A stretch of DNA of 60,192 bases, the filler included, from Sluysia triapertura (taxonomy: Eukaryota), in assembly GCA_046118255.1 (NCBI GenBank). It is 5 parts of 5 records of this genome, joined end to end, with 100 filler letters (N's around TTAATTAATTAA, not from the genome) between each part and the next. Parts side by side here need not be neighbours in the genome. Positions count along the whole stretch, not along the records: positions 37,013 to 47,956 come from JBJNIA010191129.1; positions 48,057 to 60,192 come from JBJNIA010135510.1; 3 more parts are not named here. The stretch is one strand, 5' to 3'. The notes below the pieces were generated by a model. The model searched no databases, had not been told where the DNA came from, and worked only from the letters and a program-made list of their open reading frames with translations. Positions 38,897-52,099 of this stretch are shown piece after piece. Each line of letters opens with the position of its first letter. Position 1 is the stretch's first letter. The translations under genes and the position numbers were made by a program.

Positions 38897-39165
38897 GCTA
38901 GACCGTAATAAGGCTAGCTTAATATCATAAAATCAAAACCGGAGTTTTCAATAATTAGACCGTAAACGGCTAATTTAACATTTCATTAACAAGTTAGACC
39001 GTAAAAATCAGTTAAATTTGTCCTAAATTACAACGTTTAAATAGATTAAAAAATTCTTCTTAGGTAATCCTTATCGCGACACTCGTTTGTTTCAATTTTC
39101 ACATAGTAAATCCTAACAGGCCGCCGTCGTTCAGACTTAAGTCGCTTTCTGTTAGGCGAACTTTA
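38897..39165 (+). promoter_or_regulatory. Bulged-A hairpin array plus downstream structured motif, copy 1
   Basis: Three TAGACCGTAA...GGCTA units, then a CCTAACAG...CTGTTAGG stem. Confidence 0.65.
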
Positions 39166-40913
39166 TCCAACTAGATTTATTACTACAATGTATTACTAAC
39201 ATAGAAAATTTAAAACTCATCCATAAGATGCACAGAATTCGAGTTATATAATTTAAATCTAATTTTTGAACAGTAAATCTAAAACAACAAATACGTTTAA
39301 TAATTTTGTTTGTATCTTATCTCATTTCAAGTAATCTCCCAATTGTTTTCTGTTTTATAAATGATTACATCTTTGAAATAAAGTGACAAATTACAGTTGC
39401 TAACAGTACGATGAATTAGCAAACTTACATCGATAAATGCCCGAACACCTTATTTCATCTGGTTGAGCAGTGCACTTAAGACGAGCCAACATCTTCAAAT
39501 ATTTATATTTGTGAATGTTAATTTTCTAAAAGAAACGGATATCTTTCTCATTCTCGTGGAATTCATACCACTATTCGTGCACTTAAAAAATGAGTATAAC
39601 CTAAAAATAACTTGTAAAAATCATAGAAAAACTTAATTTGGTACCATTATCGTTATGATAAACGACAGTATTCTAGTTTTGAGTCAATTGGTATCGGTCT
39701 TTTATAATTATTTATAATTATAATTATTCTTTATTCGTTTAGCAAATATTATATGCCCTCCTTTCTAATACTCTATACTACGGACATCTAGTGGTGACAA
39801 ATAACAGTGTGTATAGATAAGTTGATCGGATGAAAACTGTAATTTTACAAATCATATTTCGAATTAATTAATTTAATTGTTACCATCAATATTATAATTT
39901 TTTAATTATTATAATTTCAAGTTTCAATAAAATGGATTTACTACAATAACAAATAAGATGGCAACACTTTTGATATAAATAATACTTGTCATTAAATAAT
40001 ACTTTGTAGTAGTTTGATTTATTCTTTACAATAATCAAAAAGTTTCTTTTGGAATGAGTTAAAATTAAAGTTATTATTTCTATCATATACAAAAATAAGA
40101 AGAATAAAGTAATAAAAATAACACCTTTGGAAAATAAAATAATAATTATAACGAAAATAAATTTTATGCATTTTGTGATATAAAGAAAGAGTTTGTCTGC
40201 AGAGATTTGTTAATGTGTGAGTATAACTAAGTAAAAATCCAAGTATAATTGTTGTAGTTGTTGAAAAAACGATTATTTTGAGCTTAGGTTGTTGTAACTA
40301 TGAAGTTAACTGTGTGTAAGTTGTTGAATTTTTATATATTGTAAATTGATTGCTTAAGTTAAATGTATGTTGTTTATCAGCGTTTTGTTTATTGTACGTA
40401 AATTGTTACTAGGTAATTGTGGGGTTGAGTTGACCACACCGCGTAAAATTCTTTATTATTATGATAATTAATATTAATCCAAAGTTACTGGTTTTCTTTT
40501 AAAATCAATTCACTCATAATGATTATTTACTTGTTTATTTGGTTTTGAATACATCTTACTCCCAGAAACTTTTTTTGGCATAGAGGTTTGAGACTCTATA
40601 TGATTTGATTTACTAAAGTAGCACTTCAATTTCTTCCATAAGAATTAACATCCAAATAAAATAATTATTCAAAAAACCAAAAGACATAATAATCTAATTG
40701 ATATAATAGGATGGCAGCGTTTGGGGAAAATATTATTCGTATTAAAAAATAATTTTAATTAAAAAATTATCTACTCATTAAAATGAGTAGATAAAAATAA
40801 CTTTTATGTGAGAAATAAAAATTTTAAGTTTACTTTTTAAAATATAACTTACTTATTCTAGTAAGTAAATAATAATTTTATGAAAAAGAAAATTTTATAA
40901 TTTATTAAATTAT

Positions 40914-41178
40914 TGTCACGCAAGATGTGAACGTGATTGGTTGGAAATCAGTATATAAGCGGGATTCTTTTTCACAATCAATCCAAGATAAAGTCAGCAA
41001 TATTTGTCTAATTTTTGTCAACCATCTTGAATTTGATTCATTAATTAGTAATATAAATTTGTAAACTCATTTATATAGCCAGATTTAATGAAGACTAAAG
41101 TTCTTATTAAAATTTAAGACAAAATTAAAGGCTCAGAAATTAAATGTAAATTATACATAATCTCCTTATTCCATAACA
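40914..41178 (+). mobile_element. Candidate solo LTR
   Basis: TGTCAC...ATAACA ends, ATTGG and TATATAAG promoter-like motifs, TAT(T) flanking duplication. Confidence 0.4.
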
Positions 41179-42703
41179 TATTTTTGTCTATCGCTGTATA
41201 TTTTAATTTTATTAACTCTGAATATATTTATATTCATTGTTTTATTTTAACACTTTTGTTTAAAATATTAATTTGTCTTTTTAGTTATTTAGTTAATAGT
41301 TTTGAATAAATTGATGCACAACATTTAAGCAAAAAAAGAATAATATTTGTGAGCATTAATAAGATTAATGTCGCTGAATTATAAGTACGACATAATAAAA
41401 TATTAATTAATAAATTAAAGAGTATAATTCCGCATAAACAAGTTAGGAATATAGGATTTTTCAGGCATCGCAAATTATATGCTAATATCATAGTTATAGG
41501 TACGTCTATTGCAGTCTAACCGACTCCGGTGAATTTTATTTTGCTGAGTTTAAGTTAAAGAGAATTATTTGCGATGAAAGTGAGAATAAATAGCATGTAT
41601 AAAAAGTCAAATTTAAATATCCGTAGTTATAAACCTTAATAGAATTTTCATTAACTCAAATAATGAATGAAGTGAAATTTATGTAATCAAAAAAGGAAAT
41701 AATTTATATGATAATAATTATTATTATTCTTATTATAATGATAATAATAATAATAATAATAATAATGAAAATAGAAATAACAAGAGACCAAAATATTACC
41801 TACTAAAAGCGGATTATTTTGATGAAAAGAATTTGTTTGAAAAATGAGAATTAATAAAATATTATTATTATCATAATTATTTCTTCTTTAATAATAATAA
41901 TAATTATTATTATTATCATTATTTTTACAATAATATAGAAAAGCCCATTATTTTAATTTGTCAAACTCGATAATGTTTCTGTTTACTTCATTTAAAATCT
42001 GTATTTCTCGACTAGACGTTATTTAAACAAATAATTTAATAACGTTTCAAATTTAAATTTTGTTTTTATTTTTAAAAGATATTTCATTATAATAAATAGT
42101 TAAACTAAATAAATTTACAAAATGTAGTAATTGTTAAAAAATGAAAATATTCCTAATTCTCAGCATCATAAGCATTATGTCAAATATGTTTGGTTTGTTA
42201 TTTGTATTTGTTTACTGATTTAGAATCAATATTTTAAAGACTATTATACGATAATTCATTAAGATTTTTTGAAATAGTTTCTTTTTGTCTGAACTGTTTA
42301 ATTTATTTCTCGAAAGTCTTCGTTGGAAAATTATTTTTTATTTATTCATTTTACTTATTTTTTTGAATTGAAATAAACTTTATTCAATATTTATTTTGTT
42401 TTCACTAAAATACTTAGAGAAAATTCTTATTTTATTTACAAATCAACATTGTTGCATTATTACGTGATTAAAGTTCTGATTTTTTGAAATTTAAGCATCA
42501 TTAGTGGATGTTATTATTCCTAATATAGCTTTTCATAGATAGGTTAAATGTATTCCTGTTTTACAATTCTATAATTGAAATTCTGAAATTGTCAACAAAA
42601 TTTTTTCCAATAAAAATATTTGTTATTATTTATCAGGCATACAAATTTATGAATTAAATATCACAGTGTAATCAATTTAATTAAATGTTATTATAGTTTA
42701 TAA

Positions 42704-43030
42704 CAGGGGTCGGCTTCATTTTGGCTATGTGGGTCCGGATGGTGTTTTTTGAGAGAGTGCCTGTCCGGAGGGATTATTCAAAATATTATAAGAAAATCTT
42801 ATTAAAAGGCATTTTTTCAAATTGCTCAAAATCAATAAAATAATGAAGATTCTTAAAAATATTTTAGTTCTACATATCATAAGCAAGTACGTTGACAAAA
42901 ACAATGTATTTTAAAAATCTTTTGCATTCAAAAATCTGAAATTTGAATAGTTAATGTGAAACTTGATATTCTTTGTCATCTGAAAGCTTCTCAATATTGG
43001 GTGTCAGGCTTGTTGATTCCTGTCGAAACA
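42704..43030 (-). mobile_element. hAT Charlie/Buster-type transposon 3' end
   Basis: CAGGGGTCGGC TIR at 42704; transposase C-terminus STSLTPNIEKLSDDKEYQVSH* on minus (stop 42951-42953). Confidence 0.8.
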
Positions 43031-43200
43031 TTATGGCTACCTAAATTTCCTATAAATAGGGAAATTTAGAAGAAGAAAAACATCAAAATTACAAGAAAAA
43101 ATTGGACAGTTTTTTTAATCAACAATCCGTGAATGTAAGTTTGTTTGTTTGTAATAAAGATGAAACTAATATTTTACTTGATAACATTTTTAATTTTAAT

Positions 43201-43650
43201 GCTAGACCGTACAAAGGTTAGCTCAATATTCATATTAAAAACATTAATATCAGATTTGTCTGAATATTATTAAAATTTTATTATTATTCTATCTGTTTGT
43301 CGTATAATTTTCTTAATTGCCATGTATAAATTAAATTTTATTTTAATAAATATTAAGATTTTATTCTCTTTCATAAAGCACATCATTCTTTTTTGTTAGA
43401 CCGTAAATAGGCTAGCTTAACCTTTAAAATACATTATCGTTTGCTAGACCGAAAAAGGGTAGCTTAATCTTTATTTTTTACCTGTTAGACCATAGTAAGA
43501 CTAGCTCAAAATACAATTTTCTTAATTAATTATATTGCGCATCTGACAGTTATTATTGATCTTAAATTTCTAAAATATTACGTGACTGATTTTAAAATCC
43601 TAATATGACGTCATCTTCATAGATTTAAGCCGTACTTATTAGACGAACTG
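43201..43650 (+). promoter_or_regulatory. Bulged-A hairpin array plus downstream structured motif, copy 2
   Basis: Four G(C/T)TAGACC...TAGC units, then AAATCCTAATA...TATTAGACGAACT homologous to 39108-39162. Confidence 0.65.
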
Positions 43651-46600
43651 ACCTCTAAATATTTTGCTCGGTTAAACTAAATTGTTTATAAAAAATCACA
43701 GCAACATTATATTTTGTATTTTATTTTTTATTTAAAATGAAAATTTAACAAATATAATTATTATAAAATTATCAAAATATGGAAACAAAAAATTTAAATT
43801 TTAAATAAAACTTTGATCTAACTATTGTCATTAAATAAATAAATTAAATCTTAAATTACTTATTAATTTTATTTAAAATTTATTAAATTTTCAGTGCTTG
43901 ATTATCTTTATTTAATTTATTGTAATTTGTAAAGTTGGTTTGCCTTTCAACTTCTTGATTATTAAATCTATTAAATGATTATAGGTTATTTTAAGTACTT
44001 TAGAATCTTCTCGTGAATGTCTAAGATGGAAGTTATAAATTCAATATTAGTTTGTGTCTAATATTCCCTTAAAAATTTAAATTAAGCTTTTACAGTAGTA
44101 AATAAAAATGCTCACGCTAAAATTCTCCCACTTTCCCGGGAAGCTACCTAGTTTGCTTGTTTATTCGTGTGCGCTTAATATGAATTGGTTTATATCGTTC
44201 TGTTTTGTCGAGTGTTTATATTAATTAGAATAAATATTAATGTGAATTTGGTGTTAATAAATTGCATATTGATGTTTTATAGATGGTATATATGTTGCAT
44301 CTTTAAAATCTGTTAGTTATTACAACTCAATATTATTATCTTGATCAGCATAAACCTTAATAATTTCAATAGTCAGTATATCAAGTATAATTTTGCCGTA
44401 ATCTTCTTTTATAATATTAATAACTATTATACCAAATTTAAGTTTCTTGAAAATCAAATCAAAACTAAAACAATAATGTACTATTAAATAAAAATCGAAA
44501 TAGAATTTATTATTATTATTATTAATACGAGTCTTCACTAAATAAAACTAAAATGATAAAAGTAAAAATAGCGTTAGTTTTACATAGTTAAATACTCAAT
44601 TGTTGAGTTAAAATTTCGACGTAAATTACTGTTTTTCACGGTTGGTCATTAAGGCCAGTCATAAAATCAAACTAAAATATAAAATCTCAAATCTTTAGTT
44701 GGCCCTTAAGGTCAATTATAAAATAGATATTACAGAGTAGAGTCTTTTGGCTAGACTCTTATTATAATTTAAATATTATCTTTATTTAATTTTATTATTT
44801 TTGAGTTATTAAGAATCATAATTGTCTATTTTATTAATTTATAACAATTTTTATCTTATTTTTGTGTAAAAAAATATCAGAATAATTTTGAGTTCCTTTT
44901 GTTATAGTTGTCATAATATAAACGTGTAATCTAAATTGAGTATATAGTCATTTTACATTACGAAATAATTCATAATTAATATATATTTTTTGCATCAAAA
45001 AAGTACCTTGATTTCGATATTATTTCATTAACTTTTAACAAGAATTAGAAAATTCTATGGTCATTATATTAGGATTTGGAGATATAAAAACATTACATTT
45101 TTATACCATCATTCTTCATTTGATTTTTATAACAATTTAGATATTCCATAAGCTAGCGTTGGTCTTAATTAGTTTTTAAGTTATTTATTGTTAGTTGACA
45201 TAGACTACGAATTTTGCCGATTATTGTTAAGTTAAGGCAAAGAGTATTCTTGTACGATTAATTTTAATAATTGCTTTTCACGTAATTTTACAGGTACGCC
45301 ATTAGTAAGTCGTATACTGTAAACGGACTCAGAATAATTAATTATTTTGCTGTAGGTTAGGTTTCTAGATTAAGAAAAACACCCAGCATTATTATTATTT
45401 ATAATGTCATTATTTTTATGCATCACATCACTACACGACATTTTATCCTCTAAAAAGACGTAAGCCCATTTAATATTTAGGTCATGTCGACTTTGACGAA
45501 ACTATTATTATTTAAAGCGTTCGAAAACGAAAATATGTCACATAATTAAATGGTAGCTGAAATGACGGGGGTAAATTTAAGCGTTTAATATGTGTATTCA
45601 AAAGTAATAAAAATATGGGCTGAAGACCCGTACTAACTCAAATATTTACGCAAATAAAAATATTGATTATTATTACTATTTAAATTTTGAAAAGTTAAAC
45701 CGTTAATAATCGGCTTAAGGCCTTTTATTAAAAGATTTATTAAAATCTTCATTACCTATTGAAAATAAAAAATAATAATTGTAAAATTTCTTCGATATAG
45801 TAAACTTTCGTTTTAAGTTGCCTTTGTTCAATATATACTTCATTTTTTCAACCGACACGACATTTAAAATTTGCTGAGGCGATTTTACTCTAAACAATTT
45901 CTAAATCATCTCTTCCGTAATAATGCAACAACGGACGTCCGTGCACTTTAGATTCAAATCGTTATGAAATCCAGTATTCACTGGAGAATCTTTCGCTGTA
46001 TCTCACTAAGCCCTTTGTTTTTATAGCGAAATATTGCTTAGTTCTTCCACAGGTAATCTCTATTTGTATTCGAATCCAAAATTTTAAAATGGCATCTGGT
46101 AGTATAATAATAAGCATTTATTTGATTCTGATTCTGGTATTAAATAAGATTTTCTAAATCTTCTAAATATCAAAATAGAATCTACAATACTCCAATATCT
46201 ATCAGAAATTATTTTACAAGTCAGAGGTCTATGAGTAATAAAAATATAAAAGAATTTGATTAGTCTAAATTTTTTTAATTTGAGCCAAATCTTTTTAATT
46301 TTAAAAAACCTTTCACAATACAATCGTATAATAGTGTGTTAAATGAACTATTACATAGTAGCTACAACAATATAATGATTATAATAATATAAATAATAGT
46401 AATCAATGTATTCAGACAGTTCCATTTTGTTATTATAATCATTTTTCAAATTAACAGACAGACACAAAATATTGATAATTGAAACTTTAAGTCAATAGTA
46501 AGTTTAATATGAAGCATGATACCATTTTTGTTTTTTATTGAGCAAGTTACTATTTTATCTATACGCTTGAAATATGTAAATAGTTTTATTTCATACCTTT

Positions 46601-47956
46601 TTCTCATAACTAGATAATTATTTAGTATACATACTCTAAGAAAAAGATTTAACAAACTTAAATTGTAAATAAAAAGTTGTACTAGTAAACATCTATTGAT
46701 AATTTTAATGAATTATAATTTTAATTTTAATAATCTTTTTCATTCTTTTGCTTATTTATCTGATTCATATTCAGTTAGTATTTGAAGTGGAGTATCGATT
46801 ATATCTAAGTGAAGCGAATCATCATGATTGGGCATGTTGTCATAAACTTGCGACAAGGATAATGATTTCTTAAAAGTTCCCATTTGATCAATGTGTAGCA
46901 CCTTACGTTGTCTTTATATAGTACATTATTTTCTTGGTATTTAAAGTTACCTTCTTTATCAACTTTTGTATGAATAAGTAATTTTTCAATTGATGAGAAT
47001 CAGGATGTAAAAGTTCTGAAGATATATAGGTTTATCATCCCTAGTTATACTATTAAGGTCTTGTTCTTCCACTATAAATCTTTTGAAATTGTAATGACTG
47101 CTATTAGTTTCGTATTGAATTTAGCACAGATTTTAAAATTGTCAAATTCTTGATTACATATATAGCTTTTATAATTTGTCATATTCTTAATTTGTTGTTT
47201 CTATTGAACGTTTCTCTCTAAACATTTGCTTATATTCCTTGAATATTTCGTACCATATTTTCAAAACGCCTCTGATAAAGATCTTTTATGAAAAAGAAGT
47301 AGAACACAGAGTTTGAAAAAACTGTTCAGAGCAATCTTAATGCCAATGAGAGAGGCGATATCGGCGAACTAATCGTGATACTAGTACGATATATTTGTTA
47401 TTTATATATGTTTATAATTCTTTTTTAGATGTTATAGTCTGCATAAAAATGTAGTGATTTTATGATATGTAAGGAATATTTGTGGGTGAATTTGATGTGA
47501 ATTCATGAATAACTGGGACACTACAGTGGCTCCATAAAACACAAGTGATATTAGAAATAATAATATTATTATTAGAAATAACAAATAATAATCTGCATTA
47601 TTCCAGGAGATTTACTTTTGATCATAATTCTATCTTACAAATTAAATTCCATAATCATACTTTATGGTGATTCAATCAACTCGATCAAGTGTTGGATTTT
47701 TAAGTAAAAAATGGTTTTTCTATAAGATTGGGATGGGATTATTAAGTATTTGTATGTGTTAATAATATAAGAGGGTCTTTTTATACATTATACTTTTGAT
47801 TTTAACAGTGATACTCTCTTTACTGAATATTAACTAACAGAAGAAAAATCGATATATATTTTATGAAAGAAAATAAAAATGTAAATATTGTTGTGTCTTT
47901 TAATATTTTTTAACCTTCCCGAACTATTAAATTAAAAATCAATAATTGAATAAACT

Positions 47957-48056
47957 NNNNNNNNNNNNNNNNNNNNNNNNNNNNNNNNNNNNNNNNNNNN
48001 TTAATTAATTAANNNNNNNNNNNNNNNNNNNNNNNNNNNNNNNNNNNNNNNNNNNN
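47957..48056. other. Artificial contig spacer
   Basis: N-TTAATTAATTAA-N. Confidence 0.97.
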
Positions 48057-48571
48057 CGCATAAAGACATAGTGAATACTTGTGTAGCTTAATATTGAAGT
48101 ATATATATAAGATATATATGATTAGATACATAATTAGAGAATTAGTTTAGTATTTCGTTTTCAATGCAAGATAAATGATAAAGCATTAAATACATTTTTT
48201 TCTATTTTGGATAATGTTATTAAATTTTGAAATGTAATTTATTGAAATCTTAAAGCAAACCTTATAGAAACTGTGTGTAAAGTGCACAAAATTCAATAAT
48301 GATCTTTTTATTTATAATGTATTTTATCAATTTTAAAAACTCTTGGAAAGGCTTATGAATTTGATAAATACAAAGCAAAGTGAAAATGTCGAACAACCGA
48401 AGTCAATGATTTATTCTAGTCATTCGTTTCAATTTGATGCATAAAAAAATTAATAACTAATCCATTAAGTCAGAATAACCAATTTAATTTCAGTCAACCT
48501 AATGTGAATTGTAATTTTTGTTTTAATATTAGAAGATTTTAGATTTTAATGATGTACAATTCTGAATATCG

Positions 48572-48886
48572 GTGAATTTTCTTTTAAAGATGTTCATAAT
48601 TAGTGATGCAAAAGCCGTAAGGGCATTAATTATAACCCATTATATTCAAGACACAATTCAAGTTCATTATAACGTAACAATAGGTGTCGATTCAGCATTG
48701 AAAGAAGTTTTTTGGCACGACCATAGAAAGTTTGAAATGCAATTATGCGATATTGCCGGACAGGAACTATATTCATCAATAGCAAGAGCGTATTATAAGG
48801 AAGTTAGTGGTTGCATACTACTGCAGAAGAAAGATCATTTCAAAGCACGACCAAATGGAAAGAAGACAGTAAGTTATTTGATATAG
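48572..48886 (+). pseudogene. Rab32/38-like small GTPase pseudogene
   Basis: YNVTIGVDSALK and QLCDIAGQE (cf. Rab32/38 WDIAGQE), RAYYKE; P-loop destroyed, truncated. Confidence 0.75.
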
Positions 48887-50050
48887 GCAAATTATCAGTA
48901 ATAGGTGCAGTGTCGATCAGCAAAAAGGAAGCTGATACATATGGAATAACGAAATAAATTTTGAAGATCAGTAAGATGCCTAATACGTATGAATTGTTAA
49001 TTATAGTTGCAGTCTTAATCGAAGATCCTATGAACCATATTTGGAGATCAACTTTAAATGTAGCCTCTATACTGTGGCAATCAAGAAAATCTCGGATTTA
49101 AATTTTAAGGATCCAGCGTAGAACTCTGTTTACGATGAATTAGATGTCACTAAAGCTTTGCAGAATAAGGAAGTGTCCGATTTTTCTGATGTTGTATTGA
49201 AATTATTATATTGTGATGCTATTATCCATTTTTTTATTAAGTTGAAAATAATTCAGTTGAAATAAGTTGAAAATACACTTAGTACTGAACAATGGTACCC
49301 CTTACCCAAAGAGACGTTTACGTTACTTAATTTTTAAAGTTAATCGAATATATAAGCCTATTCATTTTAGTATGTGGACAGTCTTTTCATCAACAACCGA
49401 CTTGGACAGGGATATTGTTTGCTCAGTACTAAGAACAAGTTCATAATTTTAAAAACTAGCGATTTGAAATTTCGTTCGATTTTTATTTTGAACTTGATAT
49501 ATGATTGTCACCGAAGTATGTTTGCTTATGCCGTGTATGTTGAGAGTGCGATGAGTTACTGCCTTGACAAATTTTTTCGTACGATGTATTTTCATGTCAG
49601 CCTACATATTTGGAATGATTCTTTTATTATTGAGCCTTGTCGCACATATGCAAGATCCACTCGCGAATTCAAAATTGAGGCTCACCTTAAGGTTGGAAGT
49701 TTAGATACTATGGATAATTATAATGCGCATATCCATAATTTGGTACATCGACATGAAATTTTACATAATTTTGAAATCTCTTCCACGTACGTTGTTGTAT
49801 ATACTTGGTATGAAGTTTTTATCGTGCTTGAGCCCGGTGAGATAACTTTTGTTCAAAATGTTGGAAAGACTGGAAGCTTAGGAGCGATATACTACAGCCT
49901 CACGGATGATAGTGAATGTAAGTTTTATAGTATTATACTTGTTCAATGTGTCAACAATCATTGTCAATCTTTTTTTATAAATATGTCATGTTATTCTTAT
50001 TCAAATCTTGTTCTTTATAATGAGATTTTCGGTGCCTTAAGCACCGATTT

Positions 50051-50161
50051 TGTTATAATTTTAAATATTATGTAGATAAAACACGTTGTAACAGTATGTA
50101 TAACAATAATAACAACGGTAACCTTAAACACTTAAATCATAAGACAAAGACCACAATAACA
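50051..50161 (-). mobile_element. 111-bp LTR-like unit at the point where RNase H is truncated
   Basis: TGTTAT...ATAACA 6-bp terminal inverted repeat starting exactly where RH (NYSTNEKEC) breaks; followed by the palindrome TCGGTGC(T/C)TTAAG(G)CACCGA. Confidence 0.5.
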
Positions 50162-51347
50162 TTCTTTTTCATTTGTTGAATAATTCAATTCAGCTTTGTT
50201 TAATTTTCTACTTGGATATGCTATTACTCCTAAATTTTATTTATTTCTTTGTCCCAGGATTGCTCCTATGGCAAAATTGCTAGCATCTGGTGTTCGTATA
50301 AACGGTTTTCTCAGATCTGGGAACATTAATATTGTTGCGGTTGTTAATCTTTTCTTTAATTCAATAAATGCTTTTGTTTGTTTTTCTGTCCATTTAAATG
50401 TTACATTTTTCTGTGTTAACATTTTTTTTGCAAAATATTTTACAAATCTTTTATAATAATTTGCCAATCCTAAAATACTTTAAACTTTCTTTACATTATC
50501 TGGTGGTGGAAATTTTACAACTTTTTCTATATTTTGGTTTTATACCTTGAAGTGAAACTATATGACCTAAAAACTCGACTTGTTCTTCTGCCCATACACA
50601 TTTTTAATGTGCTGTCTATATCAGCTACATGAGTATCGAAATCTTTTGAAAATATATAATATCATCAATGTAAACCATAACATTTTTACAACCGGATAAT
50701 ACAAAGTTCATACATCTCTGGATTGTTACCGGTGCAGCTGTTAATCCAAACGGCATATTTTCGCATTCGTATAATTCATCTCCACATGAGAAAACTGTTT
50801 TGTGTTTATCCTTTTCAGCTATTTCTATTTGCCAATAACCACTCTTGTGATCTAATGTAGTAAAATATTTAGCATTTCCTAATTTATCCAACATTTCATC
50901 AATTTTTGGTAATGGAAACACATATTTTGTTATTTTATTTAATTCTCTAAAATCAATACAAAATCTCATCGTTCCATCTTTTTTCTTAACTAATAGCACT
51001 GGTGATGAGAGTGGAGAAAAGCTTGGTCTAATAACTCCAGCCTTTTTCATTGTATCTATTTGATCTTTCATTTCTTGTTGATTGCACAATGGAATTCTAT
51101 ATGGCTTCTTTCTAATTACTTTGTCTTCTATTAGCGGAATTTCATGTTTTATTATAACAGAATCGCCAATATCGTATTTGTTTCTTGTAATTACCGAAGG
51201 ATATCTATAAATAACTTTGTATAACGTTTCTTTATGTTGTTTAGTTAAGTTCTTATTCTTTATTTGTATTTCTTCATAATCTTCTTCATCTTCGATCTTT
51301 CTTTGTAATTTAATATTTTTATTCTTTGGTCTATCATTTGACACCAT
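50162..51347 (-). pseudogene. pol: Ty3/gypsy reverse transcriptase and start of RNase H
   Basis: KPYRIP, SPVLLVKKKDGTMRFCIDFRELN, MPFGL, VYIDDII, DASNFAIGAILGQ. Confidence 0.96.
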
Positions 51348-51578
51348 GTTTATTTGTGATTGTAATTTGTAATTAAATATTTCTTCTAGTTTTGTACCTG
51401 CATATAACCATTTATTTTCAACGTACCTATAATTTATTATTCTTATAGGTACGTTTCCATCTTGAATTCTACAAATTGAATCAGCGATACCTATATTTAA
51501 TTTTTCTTGATTATTTTTCGTAGCTCTAAAGATTATTGGACCATTTCTTAGACTGTTAGTTTTTCCTGGTATTATTCA

Positions 51579-51965
51579 TTATGTTCTCTTAAGTAACCAA
51601 CGTGGTTCTTCTAATATAACATCATCATCATCTATTGGTCTATCAGTATACGTATCCATTAACTTTGATTTACTAAAATCTAACGAGACTCTTTTTAATT
51701 GTGAGAGTACATCAATGCCTAATATCTTATCTTCTGGAAATTTTCTCATTACTCTACATTTTATTTTGATTTTATTTTGTCCAATTTCGCATAATATTTT
51801 TAATTCTCCTAATATTTCGATTTCATCTCCATTTACTCCTGTCAGATATGAATGCCGTTTCGCTAAATTGTTTAATTCTTTAGTTGTTAATAATGATTCA
51901 CTTATTAAGGAGGCGACTGCTCCTGTATCAATTAATGCAGATAACATTCTTCCATTAACTCTCAT
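51579..51965 (-). pseudogene. pol: Retrotransposon aspartic protease
   Basis: ALIDTGAVASLI...ILGIDVL. Confidence 0.93.
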
Positions 51966-52099
51966 GCCACTGTGGGTCTTCTTGCACTATTATAATTATT
52001 ATTCGTACATATCATGTAAACTAAATTTCTTGGAGGATATAACACTTGTTTCTCTTCATTAATTGGTTCAATATCTATTGTTTGTAATGCTATTTCTTC

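Noticed and set aside
40767-40794. Perfect 12-bp hairpin TTATCTACTCAT/ATGAGTAGATAA
   Set aside because: Isolated and AT-rich, with no second copy or context to support function
38897-43510. CRISPR-like repeat-spacer array
   Set aside because: Units are degenerate, spacing is irregular, context is eukaryotic and no cas genes are present; better explained as RNA hairpin arrays
50196-52062. Plus-strand ORFs overlapping pol (also 5125, 6582, 6629, 6908, minus 25127 and minus 37759)
   Set aside because: Antisense shadows of the real coding strand
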